From Heteronotia binoei (lineage: Eukaryota), in the NCBI RefSeq assembly GCF_032191835.1, contig NC_083237.1, positions 38,688,001-38,752,000 of the forward strand: a DNA stretch of 64,000 nucleotides, given 5' to 3'. Positions 23,351 through 35,106 of this stretch are shown in pieces (within the stretch, counting starts at the first letter, position 1; each line of letters starts with the position of its first letter). The notes under the pieces were generated by a model. That model searched no databases. It saw nothing but the letters and a program-made list of their open reading frames with translations, and had not been told where the DNA came from. The position numbers and the translations under genes are program-made.

Positions 23351-23414
23351 ATTTAGAACAATAATCGAGAAGCAACTAAAAAGCCTTATGCTATTACAAA
23401 AGGGAGATCCAAAA

Positions 23415-24335
23415 GGGTAGGTGTGTGTTGGTCTGAAGGAATAAAGTTAGAGTCCAGTGGCACCTTTAAGACCAACGAAGTTCTATTCAGGGTATGAGCT
23501 TCAGTGTGCAGGCACACTTCTTCAGATAAAATGAAATGGAAGAAAACCATTCAAACTTATAGACAGAGGCTGAACAGCAAATTAGCATATAATGATAAAG
23601 GTATTTTGAGACAAAACAGGAATAACAAGTTAAGTGTATAGTTACATGCAGGGATTTAATTAAGAGGGGAACAATAGTTGAATCAATAAATGTCAAAATA
23701 GGCAATACATGTGTAAGGAAATTCTTTCTTGTTAATTTCCTTGTGGGAAATTAACTGAGACTCCTTTAGGATGCCCCATTTGTCTTCTCTCAAGTGTGAT
23801 GGTAACAAACAGCATTTTTTGGGGGGTGCAGACTAGTGCTATGTAGGAAAATATATTTAAAGCTTCATTGCATTGCATTACAATCACTATGGTGTTCTAA
23901 ATGCTATACCAATGTATTGTTTTGTTAGAGGTGTTATGTCAGGAAAATCTATTCCTATATATTGAATTGCAATACAAACAGTATGCCAATATATTATTCA
24001 AAAAAGAAAGAAAGAAATGCATAAAATATGGAGGATGTGTAGTCCTTCTTGATGAGAATGAGTTTAGCATATATAATGAGATAAGAAACTGATATTCCTG
24101 TTAAGTCCTGGGGGTACTTGTTCTGAGTGTTGTAATAACTTGTAATTCAGCAATTTCCCTTTCCATTCTGTTCCTAAGTCAAAGGATAAATGGACACAAA
24201 TCTGACATCACTTTAACCTCCCAGGACATTCAACGGGTGACCTCAGAGTAGCTGTTATTGCAAAGTAACTTCAGGAACAAAATGGAAAAGCACATTGCTG
24301 AATTACAAGTTATTACAACACTTGGAACATAGCCC
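23415..24335. mobile_element. Penelope-like element relic (pseudo-LTR plus inverted copies of the GIY-YIG end)
   Basis: pLTR-type sequence gagtccagtggcacctttaagacc...ttcttcagat at ~23450-23527. Segments ~24115-24180 and ~24270-24330 are inverted copies resembling the C-terminal endonuclease DNA at ~39850-39910. Confidence 0.65.
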
Positions 24336-27034
24336 CCACCCCAGACCTCTTTTACTGTTCTTATTGCAGTATTTAATGCATGAATTATTAAACTACCTTT
24401 CGGTATATCTTTTGGTATAGTTAAAATGGTCATTAGGACATAGAACCTGTTGTTAATTTATTTGAATCCCACCACTGGCTAAATCCCACCAATTTATCTA
24501 GTGGTGGGGAAGAGCTGTGAGCACTGAAAAGTCTATGCTGGAGATTGTGGGTCCTGTGTGGGAAAAAGTCATGTGAAACCAGTGATAAGAGAAACTGGGT
24601 GAGAGAAAGCAAAAAAAAAAAAAAAGTAGGATCCAGTCCGCTGATAACTCACTGTGATCCTAATCACAGATATGCTGGGTGGTCAAAGGGGAGCCTTCCT
24701 CTCTTTTTTATTATCAGAAAAGCTGGTTTTATCCAACCCCATGAATTTATCTAATCATTTCACAATACCCCATGACTGCAAATTCTATATGTAAACAGTG
24801 TATTATGTAAATAATGTGGCTGTCCTGGAGTCACACAATAATTTTGAATTACTACAGATGCTAATATTATGAGAGGAAAAGATTGATAATTTCTCCTTCC
24901 TGTGCATGAGTTCCTTTATTGTGCTTTCTTTTAGATTTCTTTGTAACCAAAAAGGCTCAAACTGTAGGGTGTTCCTTAGATAGAAGGTGTACAACCCCCC
25001 TGATCATTTTGGTTGTCCTTTATTGCAATTTTTCTTACCTATGTTATCTTTTTAAAGTTGGGAAGACCAGAGCTATACACGATATCTCAAATACCAATCA
25101 TTATAGACTTGCTGAAAGATGTTATGAGAATATATTTATTTTCATTTCATTTTCTAACAATCCATAATGTGACTTTTGTCTTTGCACTGCTGCTGCACAC
25201 TAAGTTAATATTTCACATAACATCATAATCTCTGTTCTTACCACAAATTCAGATCCTGTCAGTTTTTGTGTTTTATCAGATTTAATTAGATTTAAATCAA
25301 TAATATTGATGGCATGACATTAGCTTTTTCCTTACATTTATTTAATCTGCATCCAAATTTGGATCCATACATGCAGGGTTACATTTTTGTATAATAATTA
25401 AGGAAAACAATAATTGGGAATCTCAGACCTGTGAAACACCAAACATTCAGGGTCCCCCTCATTTCTATTAAAAAGTAAATGGCACTTAATTACTATGATT
25501 TCAGATCCCTCATCTCTGCTTGTTAATTCTGAAAATGTGCATATCACTTTTACCTCACCTTGCAAAAATTGTGGGTTTTGTTTGTACATAAAAGCTTTCT
25601 CATAACATATACATATTTTAACACTATCAGTAGTTTATTTAACTTGCATGCTATATATAAATTCATCACATATAAAAACTGTACAATATACATATGAGAT
25701 AAAAGTTAATTTATGAAAAGTGAAAAGAAGAGCTTGAAAAATGAGGAGGGGGGGGAGTTCACTGGATCTGTTGTCTAATAAATTGCTAATCCCCTCTATC
25801 ACATTATGGTATGTAAGCAATGGAATTTAAGAACTGAGGAAGAATAAGAGTAATCATGGCAATAAGAAACAGTTGAAAAAATATCAAAAATATGTGTACA
25901 CAAACCAAACTTAAATTGTTTATTAATTTAAGATATGGGTGACTAATCAGTAAATGTTTCATAATTTTGATACCTGTAAAATTAACTCGCTCTTACCATG
26001 TAAATAATTTCTCACTTTGAAATATTGTACTTTTATTAACCTTGATAATTATCTTATGGAGAAGCATTGTTATAAAATTTTTTGTTAATTCTTCTTCACC
26101 CAGTTTTCCACTGAAATGCAACAATCCATTTATTTGTCTCTTTTTTGGAATTTGAAGTCAGTTGCTAATTCTGGGTTTGTTTTGTTTTTCAAAATGAAAT
26201 GAGAAGGAATGGAAAGTTCTTAAAACTTCAGAATTTTACTCCATAGATGTTTAGAGGCAGGCAAAATTTCCCCAAACCCTCCTATCCTTCTGCTAGAGCA
26301 GCACCCTGTGGTATGTAGTATAAAATAAATGCCAAAACTGAAGTTACATAAAGGTGCATTGATTTCTCTACAAGGAAAATATAAAGAGAAAAGAAAGACA
26401 AATTTCTCATTTAAAAGAGAATAAGATGAATCAATGGCTAAATCTAAAAAAATGAATTTTGTAGGCAGTCCCCCCCCAACAACACAATGCTGTTTCCTTT
26501 TACACACACACAGACAAAGGACAGAGAAGCACCTGCATCTCTAATAGTAAAATAATGGATAGGATCCAGCCTGCTTTTTCTCTCAGTCCTGCCTAATTCT
26601 CCTCATTATTACCATCCTTATTCTGGTTGGCTTTTGTTGCCAGAGATCCCAAGGTCTCCACCTTTTTCAGGTTGGTAAAAGAGAAACCTCCCTTTTTCAT
26701 CAGCCGAAAAGCTGGTTAGATACACAAGCATAAGTCTCCAGTCACCCATATTTATTTAGCAAAAAAGAGGTCTTCTTCAACTCTGAGAATTATTTCTGAG
26801 AAGGGGTGTATAGCATTGCACTTTGAAGTAATCTGTAAATGTTATCCTAAAACTTTAAGCAATGGTTATGGAAATCAGGAGAAGGTAATTAAGAAGTTTT
26901 AACAGTACTATTCATCATGTTGTCAAGAGCTCATTTTGTTGGCAACTAAATGTGATTGTCCAAAATTCAAAAAGTCTGAATTTTTTCTGTCACCTTTACA
27001 GAAAGTTATTGTTTTCTCCCCCTTCTGGCTTATT

Positions 27035-27997
27035 TCAGCCTTCCATAGAACACTTTGCCATTGAAGTTTCCCTCTTTGCAAAAATAACTTTCTTAAGGGC
27101 TGTTTTCACGTCCTTGTTCCTGAGGCTGTAAATTACAGGATTTAAAACTGGTGTAACCAAACAGTAGAACACAGCGACTAACTGATCCATATTGAAGGAA
27201 AGGTTTCGGGTAGGTCTGACATATATGAACATCATTGTTCCATAGAAGATACCAACCACCGTCAAATGGGAGGCAAAAGTGGAGAAGGCCTTTTTGCATC
27301 CGGCTGAAGAAGGGATGCCTAGAACTGTGATAATGATGGCAACATATGAAATTATAGTTATTGTGAAAGAGCCAACAAGGATAAATGAACAGATAAAGAA
27401 ACTCAGCATTTCATTCAGTTGGGTCCTATTGCAGACCAGCCTCAACAAAGGCAAGATGTCACAAAAGAAGTGATCCACCACATTGCTGCCACAGTAGTTG
27501 AGCTGAGAGATAAGGATCACTGGTATTAATGGTAGGATCAAACCAATGATCCAGCACCAGGCAGCAAGTTGAATATAAACAGTGCTATTCATAATGGTGT
27601 TATATCTCAGAGGGGATCGTATAGCCACATACCTATCATATGCCATAGCAGCTAAAAGCAGGCATTCAACACCACCAAGACCATGGAAAAAATATATCTG
27701 GGCAAGGCAATTGTTGAAGGATACAATATTCTTTTTCCTCATGAGGTCAACCAGCATTGTTGGGACTGTGACTGAGGTAAAACAAATCTCCAGAAAGGAA
27801 AAGTTGCCCAGAAAGAAGTACATGGGTGTATGGAGAGAGGGTTCATATCTGGTGATAAAGACTATGGCAACATTCCCCATTAGTGATAGTGTGTACATTA
27901 TTGAGACCAGAACAAGTAATGGTACTCTTATATTTTGCAGACTGGGAAACCCTGTGATAATAAATTCATTCACTCTTGTATGGTTTGAAATATCCAT
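27035..27997 (-). CDS. Olfactory receptor, class II (OR6/OR11-like), 320 aa
   Basis: Intact ORF MDISNHTRV with LHTPMYFFL, MAYDRYVAIR, KAFSTFASHL and PVLNPVIYSLRN. A polypyrimidine/AG acceptor lies ~20 nt upstream of the ATG. Confidence 0.92.
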   Translation of the reverse strand: MDISNHTRVNEFIITGFPSLQNIRVPLLVLVSIMYTLSLMGNVAIVFITRYEPSLHTPMYFFLGNFSFLEICFTSVTVPTMLVDLMRKKNIVSFNNCLAQIYFFHGLGGVECLLLAAMAYDRYVAIRSPLRYNTIMNSTVYIQLAAWCWIIGLILPLIPVILISQLNYCGSNVVDHFFCDILPLLRLVCNRTQLNEMLSFFICSFILVGSFTITIISYVAIIITVLGIPSSAGCKKAFSTFASHLTVVGIFYGTMMFIYVRPTRNLSFNMDQLVAVFYCLVTPVLNPVIYSLRNKDVKTALKKVIFAKRETSMAKCSMEG

Positions 27998-28204
27998 CTT
28001 CCAATTGGTTCTTTACCTGAAAAGGGAAAAAGAAAATTTCATATGATAGCTGTTGTCTCTAGGATTAAACATTCCTTCCTTCCTAGTAGTAATATAGGAG
28101 TATTTTATATGATTTTTCAGTAAGAATAGTTCAACAGACAAACCTAAAGTTTTCCAGTTGAGCAAAGATTTCCAACAAAACATTCAGGAATTAAATGCTA
28201 GTCC

Positions 28205-28960
28205 TATGCATTATGTGTTTTACAAAACATAAAAATAGAGGTTACAGTGTTTTTTAAGCAACAGTAGCCAGAGGAAAACAAAGTACTCAAATTGGTTATG
28301 TCCTCCTTCCTCCAGGGATGGGGAAAAGGGCTCGGCGAGCAGACCTCCCTGTGGCACCCACTTATATGTGGAGTGCCACAGGGAGCTATTCTCTTGCCTA
28401 GTTCATTTAACATCTATATGTGCCCCCTTGCCCAAATTGCCCGTAGTTTTGGACTGGGCTGTCACCAGTATGCTGATGACACCCAGCTCTATCTGTTAAT
28501 GGACGGCAGACCGTCTTCTGCCCCTGAACAGCTGTCTGAGGTGTTAGAAGCCATGGTTGGATGCCTACAGCAGAGTCAACTGATGTTAAATCCAACTAAG
28601 ATGGAGGTCCTGTACCTGAATTGGGGTGGTGTGGGGGGGTTGTACATCCAGCTCCCAGCCCTGAACAGCACCGCCCTGGTGCCAGCCCAGCAGGTGAAGA
28701 GCCTGGGAGTGATTCTGGATGCTTCCCTCTCCATGGAGGTCCAGGTCACAACAGCTACACGGTCTACCTTCTTCCACCTACAGCAGATCAGGCATCTAGC
28801 GCCATACCTATCCAAGATCTGGCTACAGTGATCCATGCAATGGTTACTTCCAGGCTGGACTACTGTAACTCGCTCTATGCTGGCTTGCCCCTGAAACTGA
28901 TCCAAAAACTGCAGCGGGTGCAGAATGTGACAGCTCACCTACTGTCTGCATCACCTGTAT
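28205..28960 (+). mobile_element. L2-type LINE RT fragment
   Basis: GVPQGAILLPSSFNIY, HQYADDTQLY, LNPTKMEVL and SRLDYCNSL motifs, frameshifted. Confidence 0.8.
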
Positions 28961-29601
28961 GGGTGAGCATACGGCATTAGTGATCATGGCAAGAGAGCTT
29001 TCCATTATGAAAGTAGTGAACATCAGGACTACCCCAGGAGAAACTAATTTGTGTATTAGGCCACACCCTCTGACATCACCATTGTTTCACACAGAACTTT
29101 TTTGTAGTAAAATCCCAGCAGGAACTTATTTGCATATTAGACCACACACCCGATGCCAAGCCAGCCGGAACTGCGTTCCTGTGCATTCTTGCTCAAAAAA
29201 AAGCCCTAGTTTACATGGAACTCACAAGCACAAACCATCCTAGCATTAACAAGGTTTCTGTATCAAGAACCTTCTAAACACATTTTTTGAGGGGGTGAGG
29301 GAGAGAAAAATAGCATTTATGTACAACTGGCCAATGGTATTACTCTTCCCTCCCTCCCCCCTCTAGTAACACAGGGTACAGATTGTTAGTGTGTTTGGAC
29401 TATTGACATTTCATTTACATATGATGCAACTGAATACAGTTTGCCAAGACTGTTACCCTTTCCATAGTTATGTGTAACTCCAAATGCATTTGATGGAATT
29501 TCCTTTCAAGCAAATATGTATAGGACTTTGCTGCATATCATTTTAAGAGGTCTTTCCCCCTTCCATGCTACCAGTATGTCAGATTTAGTTTTGTTCTAGA
29601 A

Positions 29602-29871
29602 CAGGGGTGGCCAAACTGGCTCAGGAGCCACATGTGGTTCTTTCACACATATTGTGCGGCTCTTGAAGCCTCCACTACCCTGTCAGCCAGCTTGGAGAAG
29701 GCATTTGTCTCTTTAAATCACTTCTCCAAGTCAAACCAGCTGACAGCTTGGAGAATGCATTTAAAGTTGCTTTCTTTCCATTCTTCCCTCCTTCCTTCCT
29801 TCCTTGTGACTCTCAAACATCTGATGTTCATGTCTTGTGGCTCTTATGTTAAGCAAGTTTGGCCACCCCTG
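29602..29871. mobile_element. hAT MITE (270 bp)
   Basis: TIRs CAGGGGTGGCCAAAC and GTTTGGCCACCCCTG, with a perfect 8-bp TSD TTCTAGAA (29594-29601 and 29872-29879). Confidence 0.9.
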
Positions 29872-31799
29872 TTCTAGAAGATAACTTGCAATATTTTCAT
29901 TTTACAGACTACCTTATCATATAGGTACTATTCTGAAATTCATTTTTGTAACTATAGGGAAAATATTAGTGTATGCCTTTGGTAACATTTATTTCATAGA
30001 TATAGCCTCTTCACAAATGTCTTAGTAAAATTTCCAAATTTAAAGAAACATATCCTAGATTTTTTTAAAAATGAAACTACAAAACAGAATGTATAATTCA
30101 TATAGAAATATTTTCCTTCCTGTTATATTCCTTTGTAAATATTACTGAAATGAAGAAACAAAATGTCATTCTTCACCCACAGACACCTGCTTAAAAAAAC
30201 ATGCATTAAGCTTATCTCTGTAGGATATCATATAAAAGTCCAAACATTAACATAAACTTGTTACAAAAACAGTAAAAGTTTTGAAATATTTTGCATTTTC
30301 TAGACATCTAAAAATTGGGTATCATTATACCAGCTTATATTACATTTGATCAGATAGTGGTGAAATGGCTTGAGCATACTCACATTAATGGAAAGGACAC
30401 ATCTTGAATCTAATTTTTATTCTAAGCTTGTTTGGGGTAGGAGGTAGGCCTTTAATCCTTTCTGGAACAATGTAGCAAGTAGGAAGGAAGGGAAAGTATA
30501 AAAAAGAAGAACCAAAGAGGTTAGAAAGAATAATAGAATATGGATGTTTTGAAATATTTTCAAGCATTGGCCAGAAAATCAATTCTGTCATCATGTTTAC
30601 ATGTGAAGATTTTCCCCAGCATATAAGCACTTTCTGAGTTGATGCTGTTTCATCAACATACTCAAACTCTGGGGAACCTGATCTCCAAAGGATCAGACAC
30701 TGGAGTTTAAAGTTAGGAAATATAGATCCTCTTTTTGGCAGCCTTCTTAACCTGTCTAACTCTACAAACAGTACTGATTAAACTAATAGAGTCTATTCCA
30801 CCATTTTAATTACCTTGCTAAATCCCTGTGAAATTAATAAAAGTTTCAACTTGACTAATAAAGAATTTGTCCCTATCTAATTGAAGATTTAAGGTTAAAG
30901 GTTTGGATCATGCCAGCATTTCCACAGCAGAAAGAGCGAGGATTGCTTCCTTTTGACCACCTCAAATGCCGTGATTGAGATTGTTGCACCCCGATGGTCA
31001 AAAGCCACATGGGACAGGACTACAGAGAGGAGGATACATAAGCATACCCGGTTTTGGCATTCTTCACCCTTAAGAAGATTGTAAGATTGTGCAAATCAGA
31101 TGTTTGTGCATGACTAATAATCTAATATTATCTTCTGTATTTTCTCCAGGCACACAGTATCACTGCTGAAATTAAAGACTGTTGCACTGTATGTACAGTC
31201 CACCACAGCTTTTTATTTCAGCCAGTTCTTTTCACAAGCTCAGAGCAGCATTCATTGCCATTTGAGACTGCCAGACCTCATGCTATGGTGGAAGGCTTAT
31301 TACTGGCAAGCTCCTTTGCCTACCACTGCTCTTTATGACAGTGGAAGGGGAAAAAACACAATGACATTGGCTGTGTCAATGCAATGAGTGACGTAAAACC
31401 ATAAAGTTTCCAGCAAGTTTCCTATAGTTGCTCAACATCACTTCTAGATTTTCTGTGAAAGTGACATAATAACATAGCCAATGCCATGCACCCCCAACCC
31501 TCCTGCTGGTTGGCAGGCTGGTCCTGGCAACCCTATTGCCATCCCTTCTTATGTTTTATTCTCACAAGAACCCTGTAAAGTAGGTTGCATTGAAATACTA
31601 CAACTGGTCCAGATAACACCATAGCTGAGCAGGCATTTGAATCAGGATCTCTAAAATGCTAATCTAGCACTCTAGTCTCTAACCAATTCAACAATGAATT
31701 TTCATAAAATATAGTTACCTAATCTCAGCTCTAAGCCCCAATTGTCTATTGTCCCCACAGCTAAATATGTTATTATAAACTTTGGTCTCTGCATCTGCT

Positions 31800-32400
31800 T
31801 GCTTATTTATTTATTCATTTATTAAATTAGATTTCTTAGTCAACTTTCCCTGCAGGCAGGGCTCAGAGTGCCTTACAGCAGAACAGGAACAATAAATAAT
31901 GGAGTTAAAATATAAAATACAAGAAAAAAACCCCAATATGTTTTCGGAGATGGCAGGAAAAAATTTCAAAAGCCAGCTAGGGGGGAGGGAGTGGAGAAAG
32001 TATTAGAGTGCCAGATTGTGTACTGTCCCATCGCTGTTCTCAACAAAATGCCCAATGGGACATCTCTGCCTTACCTGTGGAACATCTCCGCCTGTGGAAA
32101 AGTAGTAAATCCCACAGGGCACAGCCATTTCCTGACAGAAGGTTCTACCAGGCATGGACAGCAATATCTCTCTTGGACTGGGGACCACCAGGAGGTTCTT
32201 ATTCCCCTCGTGTAACGCTCTTTGGGGGGCATATGGAGAGAGGTGGTCCCAAAAACATGTGCATCCCTGACCACGAAGGGCCCTGAAGGTCAGAACCAAG
32301 ACCTTGAACCTGATCCAGTGTTCCACTGGAAGCCAGTGCAACTTGCACAACACAGGTTAGATGTGTGCCATCTGAGGAGTCCCAGTGATGACCTACAGAG
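31800..32400 (-). mobile_element. L2-type LINE 3' fragment
   Basis: LHWLPVEHWIRFKVLVLTF ORF2 C-terminus, then a 3' UTR ending in an (AATA)n-like tail near 31800. Confidence 0.7.
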
Positions 32401-32427
32401 CCATGTTCCAATGTAAATAAATGAATT

Positions 32428-34445
32428 TGTCAAGCATGGGATTTCAAAATAACCAGTCCTTGGATTTTGAAACAAAGTTCGGTTTATTGATAATCCATGT
32501 GGCTTAGCCGAGCTAGGTATTGGAACTGATACATTGTAACAACAGAATACAGGCTTTAACATGGCACATCAAAGACTCTATCAACAATCCTACATTCTCG
32601 TGTGAAATTCACACCCTAGAATTTTTATCTATATTACGGCTGGCGCATCCTGGATTCAGGCCTGGCTGTGCCTGAGAACCGGTCCCAGGAGGTCTTATCT
32701 TCAAAGAGTACATTCCTGCATTTGTTAGTAGAAGCAAAAGAAGCAAAGGAGGGGGGTTGCTACTTTGATGTGCTTGAGGTTACTTTATGGTTAGTAACAA
32801 TTCTATGGTATAAATACTTCAATAGAAAATAAAGATACAATGCTTGACATACTGCCCCCCCCTAAGCTCTTGCTCGGGGTTTGTCTGGGTGCAGTAGATA
32901 AAACCTTTTGAGGAGAAGGGGGGCCCAGAGGTCAGATGCTTTCACCCATTCATCACAACTAGGGGGAAAATACTTCCAAGGAACTAGGAAGTGCAGTACC
33001 CCCCTTTTTTCTTTGGCATCCAATATCTCCTGCAGCTCATGATGACTCTGACCCTTCACTTGAATAGGTTTGGGCTCCGGTGGGCGAGGGTGCCAACTCG
33101 TAGCCCTCGGATCTCACCGAAGAAGGCTGCAATGGAAAACAGGGTGCATTTTACTAAACAGTTTTGGCAATTCTAACTCCACTAACACTTTATTTATCAC
33201 TCTCTTTATTTTGAATGGCCCCAGATGTTTGTAAGCGAGCTTCCTGGAAGTTTGCGGCAAAGGTAGATTTTTGGTAGACAAGAACACAGTTTCTCCTACT
33301 TTGAAATCCCATTCTGGGGTGTGCTTTTTGTCATAATTTGCATTATAGTCCCGCTTGGCCATTTCCAGGTTTTCTTGAATTATAGCCCACCCTTTTCCCA
33401 ATGTTTCCCATTGTCGCTGACAAGAAGTGGGGGGGGGGTTGTCCCCGCTGCCACTAGGCAACAGTGGGAATGGTTTTCCCTCATAGCCATTCACAATCTT
33501 AAAAGGGGTTGCTTTGGTTGAACTCTGGAGGCTGTTATTGTATCCATATTCTGCAAACGGCAGCAGTTCTACCCAATTAGTCTGTTGGTAGTTCACATAG
33601 CACCGTAAATATTGCTCTAGAAGCACGTTTACGCGTTCCATCTGCCCGTCCGTCTGCGGGTGATAGGCAGAACTCAACCCCAGCTCCATGCCTGTTAGTT
33701 TGCAAAACTCCTGCCAGAAGTTGACAACGAACTGCGAGCTGCGGTCGCTAATGACCTTATCAGGGAAAGAGTGAACTTTAACAATGTGTTGGAAAAATAA
33801 GTAGGCAAGCTTCTTTGCTGTAGGCAATTTCTTACAGGGGATAAAGTGTGCTTGCTTTGAGAAGGTGTCCACTACTACCAAGATTACGTTTTTTCCCTGT
33901 GAGGCAGGCATTTCCTCTATAAAGTCCACTGACCAAGGGCGCTCTGCCGTGGAAGTGGGTTGGAGGAGACTGGGGGGCTTCCTGCCTCATTTTTTTGCAA
34001 TTACACACACAGGGCAAGAGGTTACAAACTCGAAGATGTCTTTTTTCATTTGCGACCACCAAAATTGTCTATTGACCAGATGTAACGTCTTTACATATCC
34101 AAAGTGACCGGACAGTTTATTACAATGACAGTGCTGTAAAACCTCTTGCCTCAGGGCTTTTGGAACATACAGTTTTCCATCGTGGTACCAAATCCCCCCT
34201 GTCCCTTTAGTTAGTCTTTCGGGTCATTCCTCACCATCGCACTCTGTCTCTTCGATCAGTCTATTGCCCCCCCACGGCTCGGGCACTTCCCACTTCTTTT
34301 CTGACCGGGTGGTCACGGAGCCTGCTACGGCGCTAGGGGGAATGATGGAGTCCACTATTTCCTCCCTCTGACTCTCATGTTGGAGCAGTCTAGACAGCGC
34401 ATCGGCTAAGAAATTTTTTGACCCGGGTATATGTTTCAGAGTGAA
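32428..34445 (-). mobile_element. 5'-truncated sushi-group Ty3/gypsy element (RNase H end, integrase, chromodomain, 3' LTR)
   Basis: Integrase ORF 33114-33929 resembles the 22-kb copy. Chromodomain HELQEILDAKEKRGVLHFLVPWKYFPPSCDEWV, the same TAGGGGGGGCAGTA PPT, and an LTR at 32428-32849 with TGTCAAG/CTTGACA ends. Confidence 0.9.
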
Positions 34446-34864
34446 GTATTTGGATGGCAGAGCACCAAAGAAGTTCTGGGTCATGATGCAGAAGAAGGTA
34501 ATGGCAAACCACTTTCAAATGTCTCTTACCTTGAAAACATAATGGGATTGCTGTGGGTCAGCTGTGACTTGACAGCACATTCCGCTGCCACCATTTATAG
34601 AATATCTTTTTGACTGGTGGCTATAAAGGGCACAAGAGACTTGAAAGCAAAAAAAAAAAGGGGGGGGAGAATGGAACCTAGTGATACAATAGGCAGGGCA
34701 GCAACATTGGCAAGAAAGATCACCTGGAGACTGGCATCCCTACAAAGTTTTGGCAACCATACTGGTTGAACCTGGCTCAATGTGGGATTTAGGGACCCCT
34801 TCACCTATACATGCTTTCATAACATCACAGTTTCTAAAATAAGAAGACTGCAAATTTATACCCT

Positions 34865-35105
34865 GCCTTTCTCTCTGGATCAGAGACTCAGAGCAGCTTA
34901 CAATCTCTTATATATTCTCCCCCCACAACAGACACTCTGCGAGGTGGGTGGGGCTGAGAGGGCTCTCACAGCAGCTGCCATTTCAAGGACAACTCCTGCA
35001 ATAGCTATGGCTAACCCAAGGCCATTCCAGCAGCTGTAAGTGGAGGAATAGGGAATCAAACCCGGTTCTCCCAGATAAGTGTCCGCACACTTAACCACTA
35101 CACCA
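34865..35105 (-). mobile_element. tRNA-derived SINE
   Basis: The minus-strand head TGGTGTAGTGGTTAAG...GGGTTTGATTCCC carries Pol III A and B boxes. Confidence 0.75.
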
Positions 35106-35106
35106 A

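Larger units (their letters stand above)
14569..24477. mobile_element. Non-autonomous hAT-superfamily DNA transposon (9.9 kb including nested and cargo sequence)
   Basis: Perfect 15-bp TIRs CAGTGGTGGGATTCA (14569-14583) and TGAATCCCACCACTG (24463-24477). Identical 8-bp TSD GCTAAATC at 14561-14568 and 24478-24485. A subterminal GGTTCTA motif is present at both ends. No transposase ORF is visible. Confidence 0.85.

Noticed and set aside
23353-23357. TTAGA after the clipped 3' LTR is the reverse complement of the left flank TCTAA
   Set aside because: A 5-mer in AT-rich DNA, not directly adjacent to the junction, is readily explained by chance.
28010-28040. OR splice acceptor followed directly by GTAAAG (recursive-splice-like AG/GT)
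   Set aside because: The donor match is weak, and recursive splicing is associated with very long introns. There is no supporting evidence.
34567-34574. ACTTGACA as a possible far end of the truncated gypsy element
   Set aside because: It lies in a Bov-B/Sauria-type SINE tail (~34470-34585), has no LTR similarity upstream, and is not followed by the expected GAATT TSD.
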